In this document: positions 10,901-18,018 of the stretch, piece by piece
How positions within the stretch are numbered: position 1 is the stretch's first letter
Layout: each line of letters opens with the position of its first letter
From: Bacteroidales bacterium
GTDB lineage: Bacteria > Bacteroidota > Bacteroidia > Bacteroidales > WCHB1-69
Reading direction: 5' to 3'
Length of the DNA stretch: 64,000 bases
Assembly (NCBI GenBank): GCA_045132055.1
Contig: JBGURP010000039.1
Coordinates: forward strand, 64,394-128,393
Notes under the pieces: model-generated
Database searches by the model: none
What the model was told of the DNA's origin: nothing
The model's input: the letters and a program-made list of their open reading frames with translations, nothing else
Program-made: the position numbers and the translations under genes

Positions 10901-11347
10901 TACGCCAGTGGAATGAACAGCTTTCAGTTGATGTATATCCCCACCTCCGAAGAACTGGAAGCTATGCCTTTCGTCTCCGAGGAGAACCGCAATGCTTTCG
11001 AGGAGTACATCTGTAACGACGATTATTTAAGCAAGCACAGAGGCGAATATTCAATCCGCAACGGTGGTAAGGCACCCTGGGTGAACCGCATCAATTTCAA
11101 GGTGGACCAGGAGATATACTTCAGCATCAAAGGTCACAAACAAACTATCGACATTGGAGTTGATTTCAACAATCTCGGCAATCTTTTCTGTAGTAAGTGG
11201 GGCGCTTACAAAGTGCTGGACAATGAAGTGGTGCTGAAATATGACAACCAGAACGGGAAATATACTTTCACCCCGTCAACGTGGTCACCTTACAACAACT
11301 TGTCGAACACGTGGCAAATCCTGCTGCATTTTAAATATGCATTTTAA
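7979..11347 (+). CDS. Oar-like TonB-dependent outer-membrane receptor with an N-terminal carboxypeptidase-regulatory-like domain
   Basis: A signal peptide is followed by SGNISDGKNPISDAVVTVVHNPTSTYYYVFSNQKGNFIINNILVGGPYTVRVERLNYQ (CarboxypepD_reg). A plug region follows (VPTVSRSLYDMLRYTPQG ... VTVDGASFNN ... INMVTRHGTNKW). The protein is long (about 1120 aa) and ends in an aromatic residue (FKYAF). There is no SusD-like partner downstream. Confidence 0.8.
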   Translation: MAYILRFFNENRKRTVLSAIVLAFCLLLTTLPLTAQITTSSISGNISDGKNPISDAVVTVVHNPTSTYYYVFSNQKGNFIINNILVGGPYTVRVERLNYQTAVVHDIMAPIGETAIVNVALARTSQRIEEITIFGDGEKSSMNISRSGTGILINSNEILMVPTVSRSLYDMLRYTPQGLITDGGAAFGGANYRGSYVTVDGASFNNAFGIGSSLPAGGTPISLEAIDQVSVNLTPYNVRHSGFQGSAINMVTRHGTNKWHGSVYNYFTNNNLQGNRVGDDWLAVPSTLNNTIGITLEGPIVKDKLFFFVNGEYVVSHDAGSDVLSRTDESQAYGGSTGFNRPTTGQMDAIHHFLVDKYGYDPGRYEYYTVKTPDYRLFGRLDWRINDYNLFHIRFSHTHVSTPHPAASSFNPLGGSNITLLSNGELYTVNRDNAGRNSQYSMPFESANYCQYQNFTSIAAELNSHVLNGQGNNMARITWSLQNEPRTFVGGYFPTVDILEPYTAADGSTQLALFTTFGPDPFTYNNLRRVNTITLTDEFNYKKGIHNIMTGAQFEWNRIVNGFMQGGAGWYVYDSWQSFLADANGEEGAGPSLFMITHANTDTPTEQVFPTFNQSQISIYAQDDMEFSKFFKLTVGLRLETPFIRFRYDNRNVEFDQIAAANPNSSFAGLSTADVPKFDCHVSPRVGFNWDITHKRKVVLRGGTGLFTGRIPNVWLVSAAGNSNCLQYQYIANLETGQDVVNFDPDLSNIINSVHQGQEYSQTNLPAPTNATILAKDLHMPTSWKSSIALDFVIPGDIKATLEGVYSYNFNEVYAKVLGYKEDGTVLLPGEPDARTHYASEGIANSNGSYMSGYYLYNSKKLHGQYFSFTAQLTKEFHFGLNLMAAYTLSNARTISDGISDQVSSLANTANVNGCNSPEIGLAGYVAPHRVIASVGYTIKEGPHTATRLGLFYEGLNMGIYSLSYRSHRSYLIDYASGMNSFQLMYIPTSEELEAMPFVSEENRNAFEEYICNDDYLSKHRGEYSIRNGGKAPWVNRINFKVDQEIYFSIKGHKQTIDIGVDFNNLGNLFCSKWGAYKVLDNEVVLKYDNQNGKYTFTPSTWSPYNNLSNTWQILLHFKYAF

Positions 11348-11370
11348 AAAAATCAAGATAGCGGCAAAGC

Positions 11371-12201
11371 CTACTTCTGCACCAAGGCGACCCTGAAACC
11401 ACAATCCTCATAACGGGAGTAAATGCTGCCGCGGTCGCGATTGGCACAACGTTGATAGGGAGCTGCATAATTCCAGCTACCGCCCCTTTGCACGCGATAA
11501 GAGGTTTCTTGGTTGTTCATCGGATTATTCCAATCCTTATTCTCCGCATAGAAGTTCTCATCGAACCAATCCTGGCACCATTCCCAAACGTTTCCGCTCA
11601 TGTCAAACAGTCCCAACTCGTTGGCCGTCTTGATTCGAACCGTATGGGTGTGTTCATCGCTATTACCATAAAACCATGCAATCTGTTTCAGGTCATTGCC
11701 GCCTGAGTATGCGGTACCCGCGCTTTTGAGACCACCACGGGCAGCATACTCCCATTGGGCTTCGCTTGGCAACGCAAAACGATAGCCTTCCGGCAGTTCT
11801 TCGGCGAGAAACTTGTTGAGACGGGTCACAAAGCGTTGGCATTCCGTCCAACTCACGCGCTCCACGGGAAGCATGTTGCCTTTCCAGTAACTGGGGTTGT
11901 TGTCGCGCCCCATCACCGCCATCCACAGGGCCTGCGTCACCTCCGTCTCACCGATATAGAAATCCGACAAGGACACAGTGTGGTTTGGAATTTCACGAGC
12001 TTTGCAGCTGTCAACATGATTCTCAGTGCAACCTAACTGCAAATTCCCGCCTTTTACAAACACCATCCTCAACGGCACGTCATTCACGTGGAAAAGCCGA
12101 GCAACTGGATCTTGAGCGAGTGCCGACAACGAACATGAAATCATTGCGGCAAAAAGCCACAACACAATGCTTTTCTTTTGTATTTTCGATATCAGTTTCA
12201 T
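11371..12201 (-). CDS. Secreted formylglycine-generating-enzyme (SUMF1/FGE-sulfatase, C-type-lectin-fold) domain protein
   Basis: Signal peptide, then FYIGETEVTQALWMAVMG, LPSEAQWEYAARGG, GNVWEWCQDWF and RGGSW...CANRD...GFRVA. Confidence 0.8.
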   Translation of the reverse strand: MKLISKIQKKSIVLWLFAAMISCSLSALAQDPVARLFHVNDVPLRMVFVKGGNLQLGCTENHVDSCKAREIPNHTVSLSDFYIGETEVTQALWMAVMGRDNNPSYWKGNMLPVERVSWTECQRFVTRLNKFLAEELPEGYRFALPSEAQWEYAARGGLKSAGTAYSGGNDLKQIAWFYGNSDEHTHTVRIKTANELGLFDMSGNVWEWCQDWFDENFYAENKDWNNPMNNQETSYRVQRGGSWNYAAPYQRCANRDRGSIYSRYEDCGFRVALVQK

Positions 12202-12289
12202 CGTATTTCAGGTGAGCTTATTTTGAACAAAAATGCGGCGCGTTCTGCCGTTTTTAATCAAGGCAATCAATGCTTTTCTTCCAAGTTGG

Positions 12290-12297
12290 CAAAGATA
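12290..12297 (-). promoter_or_regulatory. Bacteroides-type -7 box (TATCTTTG on the minus strand) for the FGE-domain gene
   Basis: The reverse complement of caaagata matches TAnnTTTG, 88 nt upstream of start 12201. Confidence 0.4.
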
Positions 12298-12389
12298 CTA
12301 AATTTATTGATTCGGAATAACAAAACTTGCCTTTGATGCCTTGTTTGTTGAGTAGATAGGGCATTACCTCGCTGAATGTCTTTTTTTAT

Positions 12390-12397
12390 TATCTTTG
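12390..12397 (+). promoter_or_regulatory. Bacteroides-type -7 box (TATCTTTG) for azlCD
   Basis: 30 nt upstream of ATG 12428. Confidence 0.4.
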
Positions 12398-12427
12398 CAG
12401 CCTTGAAAGTAAAACAGTTAACTATTT

Positions 12428-13168
12428 ATGAGTGAGTTTATTAGGGGTATTAAGAAAGGGTTTCCCATCTGTTTGGGATACATTCCTGTCTCTTTTACCT
12501 TCGGATTGATTGCTGTGAAAATGGGCTTCAATCCGTTGGAAGCCACGATTATCTCACTCACCAACATGGCTTCGGCGGGCCAGTTTGCAGGCATACGCCT
12601 CATTGAGGGCGGCGCACCCTACATCGAATTGGTGATCACCACCTTCGTCATCAATCTGCGCTATATGCTGATGTCTCTGTCCCTTTCCCAGAAAGTGGCC
12701 TCCGACATGCCCTTCTACAAGCGCGCCATCATGGCTTTCTGCATTACCGATGAGGTCTTTGCCCTGGCCTCCATGGAAAAAGACGATGTAAACTTCCCGT
12801 TCTTCGGCGGTCTGATGGCCACCCCGATTTTCGGGTGGACATTAGGGACTTGCCTCGGTGCCGTGGCCTCCAGTTTGCTCTCGCCCATGTTGCAGGGCTG
12901 CTTTGGCATCGCCCTCTATTGCATGTTTATCGCTATCATCATCCCGCCGGCGCGCAAGGGCCGGAAAGTGGCTATCGCGGTCATCGTTTCCGCATTGCTC
13001 TCATGCTTGTTCAAGTATGTACCGGGCATCAACGTGCTCTCCAAAAGCGGTGGCGGTGGCTGGGCTATCATCATTTCCGCCATCCTCGGCGCTGCAATCT
13101 GCGCGTCCATCAAGGAGGTGAAAAGATTCCGTAGAAGAAGTGTTCAGGAAGGAGGTGCCCATGTGTAG
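12428..13168 (+). CDS. azlC: AzlC family branched-chain amino acid exporter permease
   Basis: A polytopic membrane protein with the AzlC-like N-terminus GIKKGFPICLGYIPVSFTFGLIAV. A small AzlD-like partner follows. Confidence 0.75.
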   Translation: MSEFIRGIKKGFPICLGYIPVSFTFGLIAVKMGFNPLEATIISLTNMASAGQFAGIRLIEGGAPYIELVITTFVINLRYMLMSLSLSQKVASDMPFYKRAIMAFCITDEVFALASMEKDDVNFPFFGGLMATPIFGWTLGTCLGAVASSLLSPMLQGCFGIALYCMFIAIIIPPARKGRKVAIAVIVSALLSCLFKYVPGINVLSKSGGGGWAIIISAILGAAICASIKEVKRFRRRSVQEGGAHV

Positions 13169-13505
13169 TATGCAAAATATCGCCATCTGCATGGTGATCA
13201 TGGCGCTCACCACTTACCTCATCCGCTTGATTCCCATTGGTTTCGTGCGGAAAAAACTGGAAAATGAATGGATTAAGGACTTTTTGTTCTACATCCCATT
13301 TTGCGTGCTGTCGGCCATGACTTTCCCAGATGTGCTCTATTCCACCACACCCACAGGTGCAACTACACCGCACTTCGCCTCCGCTGCTATTGCAACGATG
13401 GTGGCGATTGTGATGGCATGGAAAAACAGGGGATTGGTCCGGGTGGCCCTGGTGGCCGTCCTCGTGGCCATTATCGTGGAACTGCTGTTGCCGGTGGTTT
13501 TCTAA
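13161..13505 (+). CDS. azlD: AzlD family small membrane protein
   Basis: About 114 aa and hydrophobic, with YLIRLIPIGF. It overlaps or abuts the azlC stop. The start could be ATG 13161 or ATG 13170. Confidence 0.65.
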   Translation: MCSMQNIAICMVIMALTTYLIRLIPIGFVRKKLENEWIKDFLFYIPFCVLSAMTFPDVLYSTTPTGATTPHFASAAIATMVAIVMAWKNRGLVRVALVAVLVAIIVELLLPVVF

Positions 13506-13507
13506 AC

Positions 13508-14332
13508 CTACATCTCGGGCAGCATCGCGTAAATCAACTTCACCATATTCGGACCTGCTGTGTTGGCTGCCTCCAACACCTCTTCGTGCGTGGCTTCCAT
13601 CACCTGGCCCACAATGCCCAAGTCGGTGATGACTGACAAAGCGAAAATCTCAATGCCGCGGTGATGCGCCATGATGGCCTCCGGCACGGTGGACATGCCC
13701 ACTGCGTCGGCACCCATGATGTGGTACATCTTGTATTCGGCCGGAGTCTCAAAACATGGGCCAGTTACGCCCATATAAACGCCTTCCTGCAAGTGTACAC
13801 CAGTCTCCTTGGCTTTCTGATAGGCCAATTTGATGAGGCGGTGCGAATAGACTTCGCTCATGTTGGGGAAGCGCGGTCCCAAGGTGTCGTCGTTGGGACC
13901 CAACAGCGGGTTGTCGCCGAACATGTTGATGTGGTCCTTGATAATCATGATGTCGCTCACTTTGAAAGTGGGGTTCATGCCGCCGGCTGCGTTAGAAAGA
14001 ATAAGACATTTTACACCTAAACCGCTCAGAATCTGCTGCGGATAGGTCACTACACTCATCGGATAACCCTCATAATAGTGCATGCGGCCGTTGAAGACCA
14101 TCACTTCTGTGTTGTTCAGCTTGCCGAAAACTAAAGTGCCCTTGTGCCCCTTTACGGTGGAAACGGGGAAATTGGGAATCTCCGTATAGGGAATCTCGTC
14201 CGCGACTTCCACAGATTTGGTGAGTCCGCCTAAACCGGATCCTAACACGATAGCGACTTTGGGATGTATGCTGGTTCTGTTCTTCAAAAAAGAGACAGTT
14301 TCTTCAATTTTTCTTTTTCTCTCTTCTAACAT
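13508..14332 (-). CDS. Purine nucleoside phosphorylase (trimeric PNP-I type)
   Basis: VLGSGLGG, GHKGTLVFGKL, NGRMHYYEGY, SNAAGG and GADAVGMSTVPE are all motifs of the inosine/guanosine phosphorylase family. Confidence 0.85.
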   Translation of the reverse strand: MLEERKRKIEETVSFLKNRTSIHPKVAIVLGSGLGGLTKSVEVADEIPYTEIPNFPVSTVKGHKGTLVFGKLNNTEVMVFNGRMHYYEGYPMSVVTYPQQILSGLGVKCLILSNAAGGMNPTFKVSDIMIIKDHINMFGDNPLLGPNDDTLGPRFPNMSEVYSHRLIKLAYQKAKETGVHLQEGVYMGVTGPCFETPAEYKMYHIMGADAVGMSTVPEAIMAHHRGIEIFALSVITDLGIVGQVMEATHEEVLEAANTAGPNMVKLIYAMLPEM

Positions 14333-15374
14333 GGTCTTTTAAGATATTGATGAATGTAGTATGTTCTTCTTCAGTTAAAAAATCCACTTCAATAGGGATG
14401 ATGAATACAGGCAGCAAAGATAATGAATTTTTGATGTGGCTGTATTGCAGGCGCATCCAATCTTTCTCGGTGGTGAATAGAACGCTGTTAGGCTTGAAAT
14501 ATTTCTTTATGCTTTCAATTTCCGATGAGGTGTAGCGATGATGGTCTTGGAACTTGAAATGCCGCGCGATGCGGTAGGTTTGTTGCAGATGCTCCAGCAA
14601 CGGGTTGGAGCGGGCGATGCCAGTGAGCAGCAATATCTCCGTGTTGTCGTCAAGGGCAAATTCTTTGGCGGGTAGCGTCACGGGTTCGGGTTTTCCGTAA
14701 CGGTAGCGGGTGAAGAACAATGGCTGATTATCGCTGATTTTCAACTGATTGCGCCAAAAATCTCGGTTTACCTGCTCGTCAGTTACTTTGGTTACGATGA
14801 CCAAGTCGGCATCGCGCACCGCGGATGGGTACTCGCGCAGTCGCCCGGCAGGCAGCGGGTAGTCCTTGAAATAGGGTCGCTCGTATTCCGTCAGGATCAT
14901 CTTCAGGGTAGGGGAGACGGACAGATGCTGGTAGGCGTCGTCCATCACGATGACGTCCGTCTCCGGCGCGTAGGCCTGCAACTTCTCAATGCCGTCCTTG
15001 CGATCCTCATCCACTGCCAAGGGTAAATCTGGAAACCGCTGGTGCAGCAGCATCGGCTCGTCGCCGATGAGTTCCGCCGTAAGTTGCTCCTCGGGTGTGG
15101 TGTTGGACAGAATATAACCTTTGCTCGTGCGTCCGTATCCTCGGCTGAGCATGGCCACGTGATGGTTTTCGGCCAGCGTGCGCGTGATGAAATCGGCGTG
15201 TGGCGTTTTGCCCGTGCCGCCGATGGCGATGTTGCCCACGCAGACAACGGGAATCTCCGGCTGGTACGATTTCAAGAGGTCGCGGTTATACAACCACCGC
15301 CGAAGCCAAGCCACCCCGCCGAAAATCCAGGCCAAGGGATATAATAACCGCCGTACTTTCAAGGGTTTACTCAT
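14304..15374 (-). CDS. lpxK: Tetraacyldisaccharide 4-prime-kinase
   Basis: VCVGNIAIGGTGKTPH P-loop with LSRGYGR. The start was moved to ATG 15374 (MSKPLKV), which lies 4 nt after the phoH stop. The 3-prime end overlaps the PNP start by 29 nt. Confidence 0.85.
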   Translation of the reverse strand: MSKPLKVRRLLYPLAWIFGGVAWLRRWLYNRDLLKSYQPEIPVVCVGNIAIGGTGKTPHADFITRTLAENHHVAMLSRGYGRTSKGYILSNTTPEEQLTAELIGDEPMLLHQRFPDLPLAVDEDRKDGIEKLQAYAPETDVIVMDDAYQHLSVSPTLKMILTEYERPYFKDYPLPAGRLREYPSAVRDADLVIVTKVTDEQVNRDFWRNQLKISDNQPLFFTRYRYGKPEPVTLPAKEFALDDNTEILLLTGIARSNPLLEHLQQTYRIARHFKFQDHHRYTSSEIESIKKYFKPNSVLFTTEKDWMRLQYSHIKNSLSLLPVFIIPIEVDFLTEEEHTTFINILKDHVRREKKKN

Positions 15375-16386
15375 GCTCGGTCTGCTGTTCTGCTTTTTGC
15401 GCCAGCCGCTCCTCTTTGCGTTTCTGCTCATAAGCGGCCTGCTTGTCTTCGTACTCTTCGTAACTCTTGATAATCTTGGTCACCAGATGGTGGCGCACCA
15501 CATCTTTGGTGTCCATGTAGATGAAATCGATGCCCGGAATCTTGCTCAAGATGCGGTCGGCCTGTAGCAATCCCGATTGCTGGTTTTTGGGCAAGTCGAT
15601 TTGTGTGATGTCGCCAGTGATGAAAAATTTGGCGTTCTTGCCCATACGCGTGAGGAACATCTTCAGCTGCGCCGAAGTGGCGTTTTGCGCTTCGTCGAGG
15701 ATTACGTAGGCGTTATCAAGCGTGCGCCCGCGCATGAAAGCTAACGGTGCGATTTCAATGACTTTGTCCTCCATGTACGACATCAGCTTCTGCATCGGGA
15801 TCATGTCCCAGAGGGCATCATACAGCGGTTGCAGATACGGATCCAACTTGTCGCGCAAATCGCCGGGCAAGAAGCCCAGATTTTCGCCCGCCTCTACAGC
15901 TGGACGAGTCAGGATAATGCGGCGTACTTGCTTGTTTTTCAATGCCTTGACAGCTAAGGCCACAGCGGTATATGTCTTGCCCGTACCCGCAGGACCGATG
16001 GCAAACACCATGTCGTTTTTGTTGGCACTCTCCACCATCTTCTTCTGGTTGGGCGTAATGGCCTTGATGATCTTGCCTTCTCGGCCGTGCACGATGACAT
16101 TGCTGCCGTTGTCGTCCAGACGGTAGAAACTGTCGTCCTCCATTGCGGTGATGTTGAGGATGTCGGTCTCGGTGAGCTTGCCGTATTGCTCCAGATGGGT
16201 GATGAGCAGCCGCACGCGCTCCTCGAATGTCTCCACTTCATGGTCCTCGCCGGCCACCTTGATTTCATTGCCCCGCGCCACGATTTTCAGCTTGGGGAAA
16301 ATGTGCGTGAGCAAATCTATGTTGGCATTCTGGCTGCCGTACAATCCGACAACCATAGAGGGTTCAATAATGATTGTTTTTTCCAT
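15367..16386 (-). CDS. phoH: PhoH-like ATPase
   Basis: FAIGPAGTGKTYTAVALAV Walker A, ILTRPAVEAGE, and DEAQN Walker B. Confidence 0.9.
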   Translation of the reverse strand: MEKTIIIEPSMVVGLYGSQNANIDLLTHIFPKLKIVARGNEIKVAGEDHEVETFEERVRLLITHLEQYGKLTETDILNITAMEDDSFYRLDDNGSNVIVHGREGKIIKAITPNQKKMVESANKNDMVFAIGPAGTGKTYTAVALAVKALKNKQVRRIILTRPAVEAGENLGFLPGDLRDKLDPYLQPLYDALWDMIPMQKLMSYMEDKVIEIAPLAFMRGRTLDNAYVILDEAQNATSAQLKMFLTRMGKNAKFFITGDITQIDLPKNQQSGLLQADRILSKIPGIDFIYMDTKDVVRHHLVTKIIKSYEEYEDKQAAYEQKRKEERLAQKAEQQTEHE

Positions 16387-16389
16387 AGT

Positions 16390-17298
16390 TTATTGTATGA
16401 CAAGATAATCTAACGGATTGATAGGAAATCCGTTATACCACAATTCGAAATGCAGGTGGGCGGTTTTGGATTCCGTCGCGCCTGTGTTGCCCATGAGGGC
16501 GATTGGGGTTCCGGCAGAAACACGGTCGCCGATGCGCTTCAGTATGCGGCTGTTGCGCTTGTAGATAGAAGTGAGATTGCCAGGGTGTTGCACTACAATG
16601 AAATGGCCATCGTTGGCGTTGTACCCGGAGAAAATGACCACGCCGTCGGCAACACTGCAAACGGTGCTGTTCATGGAGCCCCGGATGTCAAGACCATAGT
16701 GGTTTTCGTCCGGACTGAAGAGCCTGCATACAGAACCAAAGGCAGGCGGATAAATGGATAAGTTGGAGATTTTGGCTTGGTCGATGCCGGGGGTGCTGGC
16801 TGTGTTGTTCTTCTGCACGCGTCCCAGAATCATCTCTGCCTCCTCCAAAATCTTGTGACTTTGGCGGGTGCGAAGGCTGTCGCGCTTTTTGGCGTGCACC
16901 TGCGGCGTGGCAGCTGCGTCGCGGTCCATCTCGTCAGCCGTGGGTGCATTCCCGCTAGCCATCGCGATGTAATTGTCCATAAACTGCTGGTTATACTCGA
17001 TGGCCTTCTCCAAAGAGTCGATTTTGGCTACGGCCTGCTTGTACTGCTTGTAGTCCTTGTTGGAAGTATAACCGGGAATATAGACCCGTAACGGAGTGAA
17101 CGCAATCAGGAGCGTGGTGAGCACAATTACCACAAAGGCGGCGATGATGACGACCACCGTAGCTTTCTGTATCGTGATGTGACGGATCTCCAGACGTTGC
17201 TCCAGCGTCTCCTCATTGGAGAAAACCAGGCGATACCTCGTCTTCCAGTCCTTCACTACGACTCCCCAAATTTGTTTTAGCTTCTGTAACTTGCCCAT
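16390..17298 (-). CDS. M23 family metallopeptidase (membrane-anchored)
   Basis: An N-terminal TM helix (VVVIIAAFVVIVLTTLLIAF) and a C-terminal HYGLDI ... GNTGATESKTAHLHFELW LytM/M23 motif. I prefer ATG 17298 over the GTG at 17316. Confidence 0.8.
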   Translation of the reverse strand: MGKLQKLKQIWGVVVKDWKTRYRLVFSNEETLEQRLEIRHITIQKATVVVIIAAFVVIVLTTLLIAFTPLRVYIPGYTSNKDYKQYKQAVAKIDSLEKAIEYNQQFMDNYIAMASGNAPTADEMDRDAAATPQVHAKKRDSLRTRQSHKILEEAEMILGRVQKNNTASTPGIDQAKISNLSIYPPAFGSVCRLFSPDENHYGLDIRGSMNSTVCSVADGVVIFSGYNANDGHFIVVQHPGNLTSIYKRNSRILKRIGDRVSAGTPIALMGNTGATESKTAHLHFELWYNGFPINPLDYLVIQ

Positions 17299-17332
17299 GT
17301 TCTGTTGTTTGTGCACCAGCTGTATTGCGGTG

Positions 17333-17340
17333 CAAAAGTA
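17333..17340 (-). promoter_or_regulatory. Bacteroides-type -7 box (TACTTTTG on the minus strand) for the M23-phoH-lpxK-PNP operon
   Basis: The reverse complement of caaaagta matches TAnnTTTG, 34 nt upstream of ATG 17298. Confidence 0.4.
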
Positions 17341-17440
17341 ATAAAAATTAGGCTTGGAACGCCAATTCTCCCCCTTCTTCTATCGAATATCAAAAAAAAT
17401 GAAGAAAAATGAAAAAAGTGGTTTGTTTGAAAAAAATCAT

Positions 17441-17448
17441 TATCTTTG
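17441..17448 (+). promoter_or_regulatory. Bacteroides-type -7 box (TATCTTTG)
   Basis: 33 nt upstream of ATG 17482. Confidence 0.4.
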
Positions 17449-17481
17449 GAGCCTGATAAAAATTAACTAAATCACACAGTT

Positions 17482-17934
17482 ATGAACGAATCTAATGTAA
17501 ACGTAAGCTTCTTCAGATTTGAAGACTTGAGAATCTATGCAAAAGCCATGGACTACATAGCATGGCTGTACTCCGAAGTTGAAGGCATGGAAGATAGTTT
17601 TGCAAAGAATGTGCTGAAAAAAGCTTTCCTGAAATCGGCACAAAACATAGCCCTGAATACAGCAGAAGGATCTTCAAGGAGCAAGACGCAATTCCTGTAT
17701 TATCTGAAAATGGCCAAAAGCTCGGTCCGCGAATGCGTGGTCTATACGGAAATCATGTCCCGCAAACAAATGATGGGCGAAGAGGCGGTGAACCATTCCC
17801 GTAACCAGTTGATGGAACTCACCAAGATGATTGGCTCGCTCATTGCTTCCCTCCAGAGAAGCACCGGAGGACTTGGTCGCGAAGACAAGGAGGAAGATGC
17901 TTTTGACCCGATGCCCGATATCAATAACTTCTAA
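17482..17934 (+). CDS. Four-helix-bundle protein (23S rRNA intervening-sequence protein / Avd-like family)
   Basis: FRFEDLRIYAKAMDY ... SAQNIALNTAEGSSRSKTQFLYYLKMAKSSVRECVVY matches the family signature (F..L.VY..A ... NIAEG ... F....A.GS..E). An acidic tail of about 30 aa is additional. Confidence 0.7.
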   Translation: MNESNVNVSFFRFEDLRIYAKAMDYIAWLYSEVEGMEDSFAKNVLKKAFLKSAQNIALNTAEGSSRSKTQFLYYLKMAKSSVRECVVYTEIMSRKQMMGEEAVNHSRNQLMELTKMIGSLIASLQRSTGGLGREDKEEDAFDPMPDINNF

Positions 17935-17988
17935 TATTTTTATCATTGAAATTTGTTTTAGGATATTCTGCATGAATATCCTTTTTTG

Positions 17989-17996
17989 TATTTTTG
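17989..17996 (+). promoter_or_regulatory. Bacteroides-type -7 box (TATTTTTG)
   Basis: 22 nt upstream of ATG 18019. Confidence 0.4.
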
Positions 17997-18018
17997 CCGC
18001 CTTTTAAATGCAAATGGT

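Noticed and set aside
17400-17471. 23-codon ORF (MKKNEKSGLFEKNHYLWSLIKIN) in the spacer upstream of the four-helix-bundle gene.
   Set aside because: It overlaps the candidate -7 box for the downstream gene and has no supporting features. It is too short to call from sequence alone.
11371-17934. Possible diversity-generating retroelement (an FGE/C-type-lectin target plus an Avd-like four-helix-bundle protein).
   Set aside because: The window has no reverse transcriptase ORF. The two genes are 5 kb apart on opposite strands, with housekeeping genes in between. I found no template/variable repeat pair by eye. A computational self-alignment would be needed to be certain.
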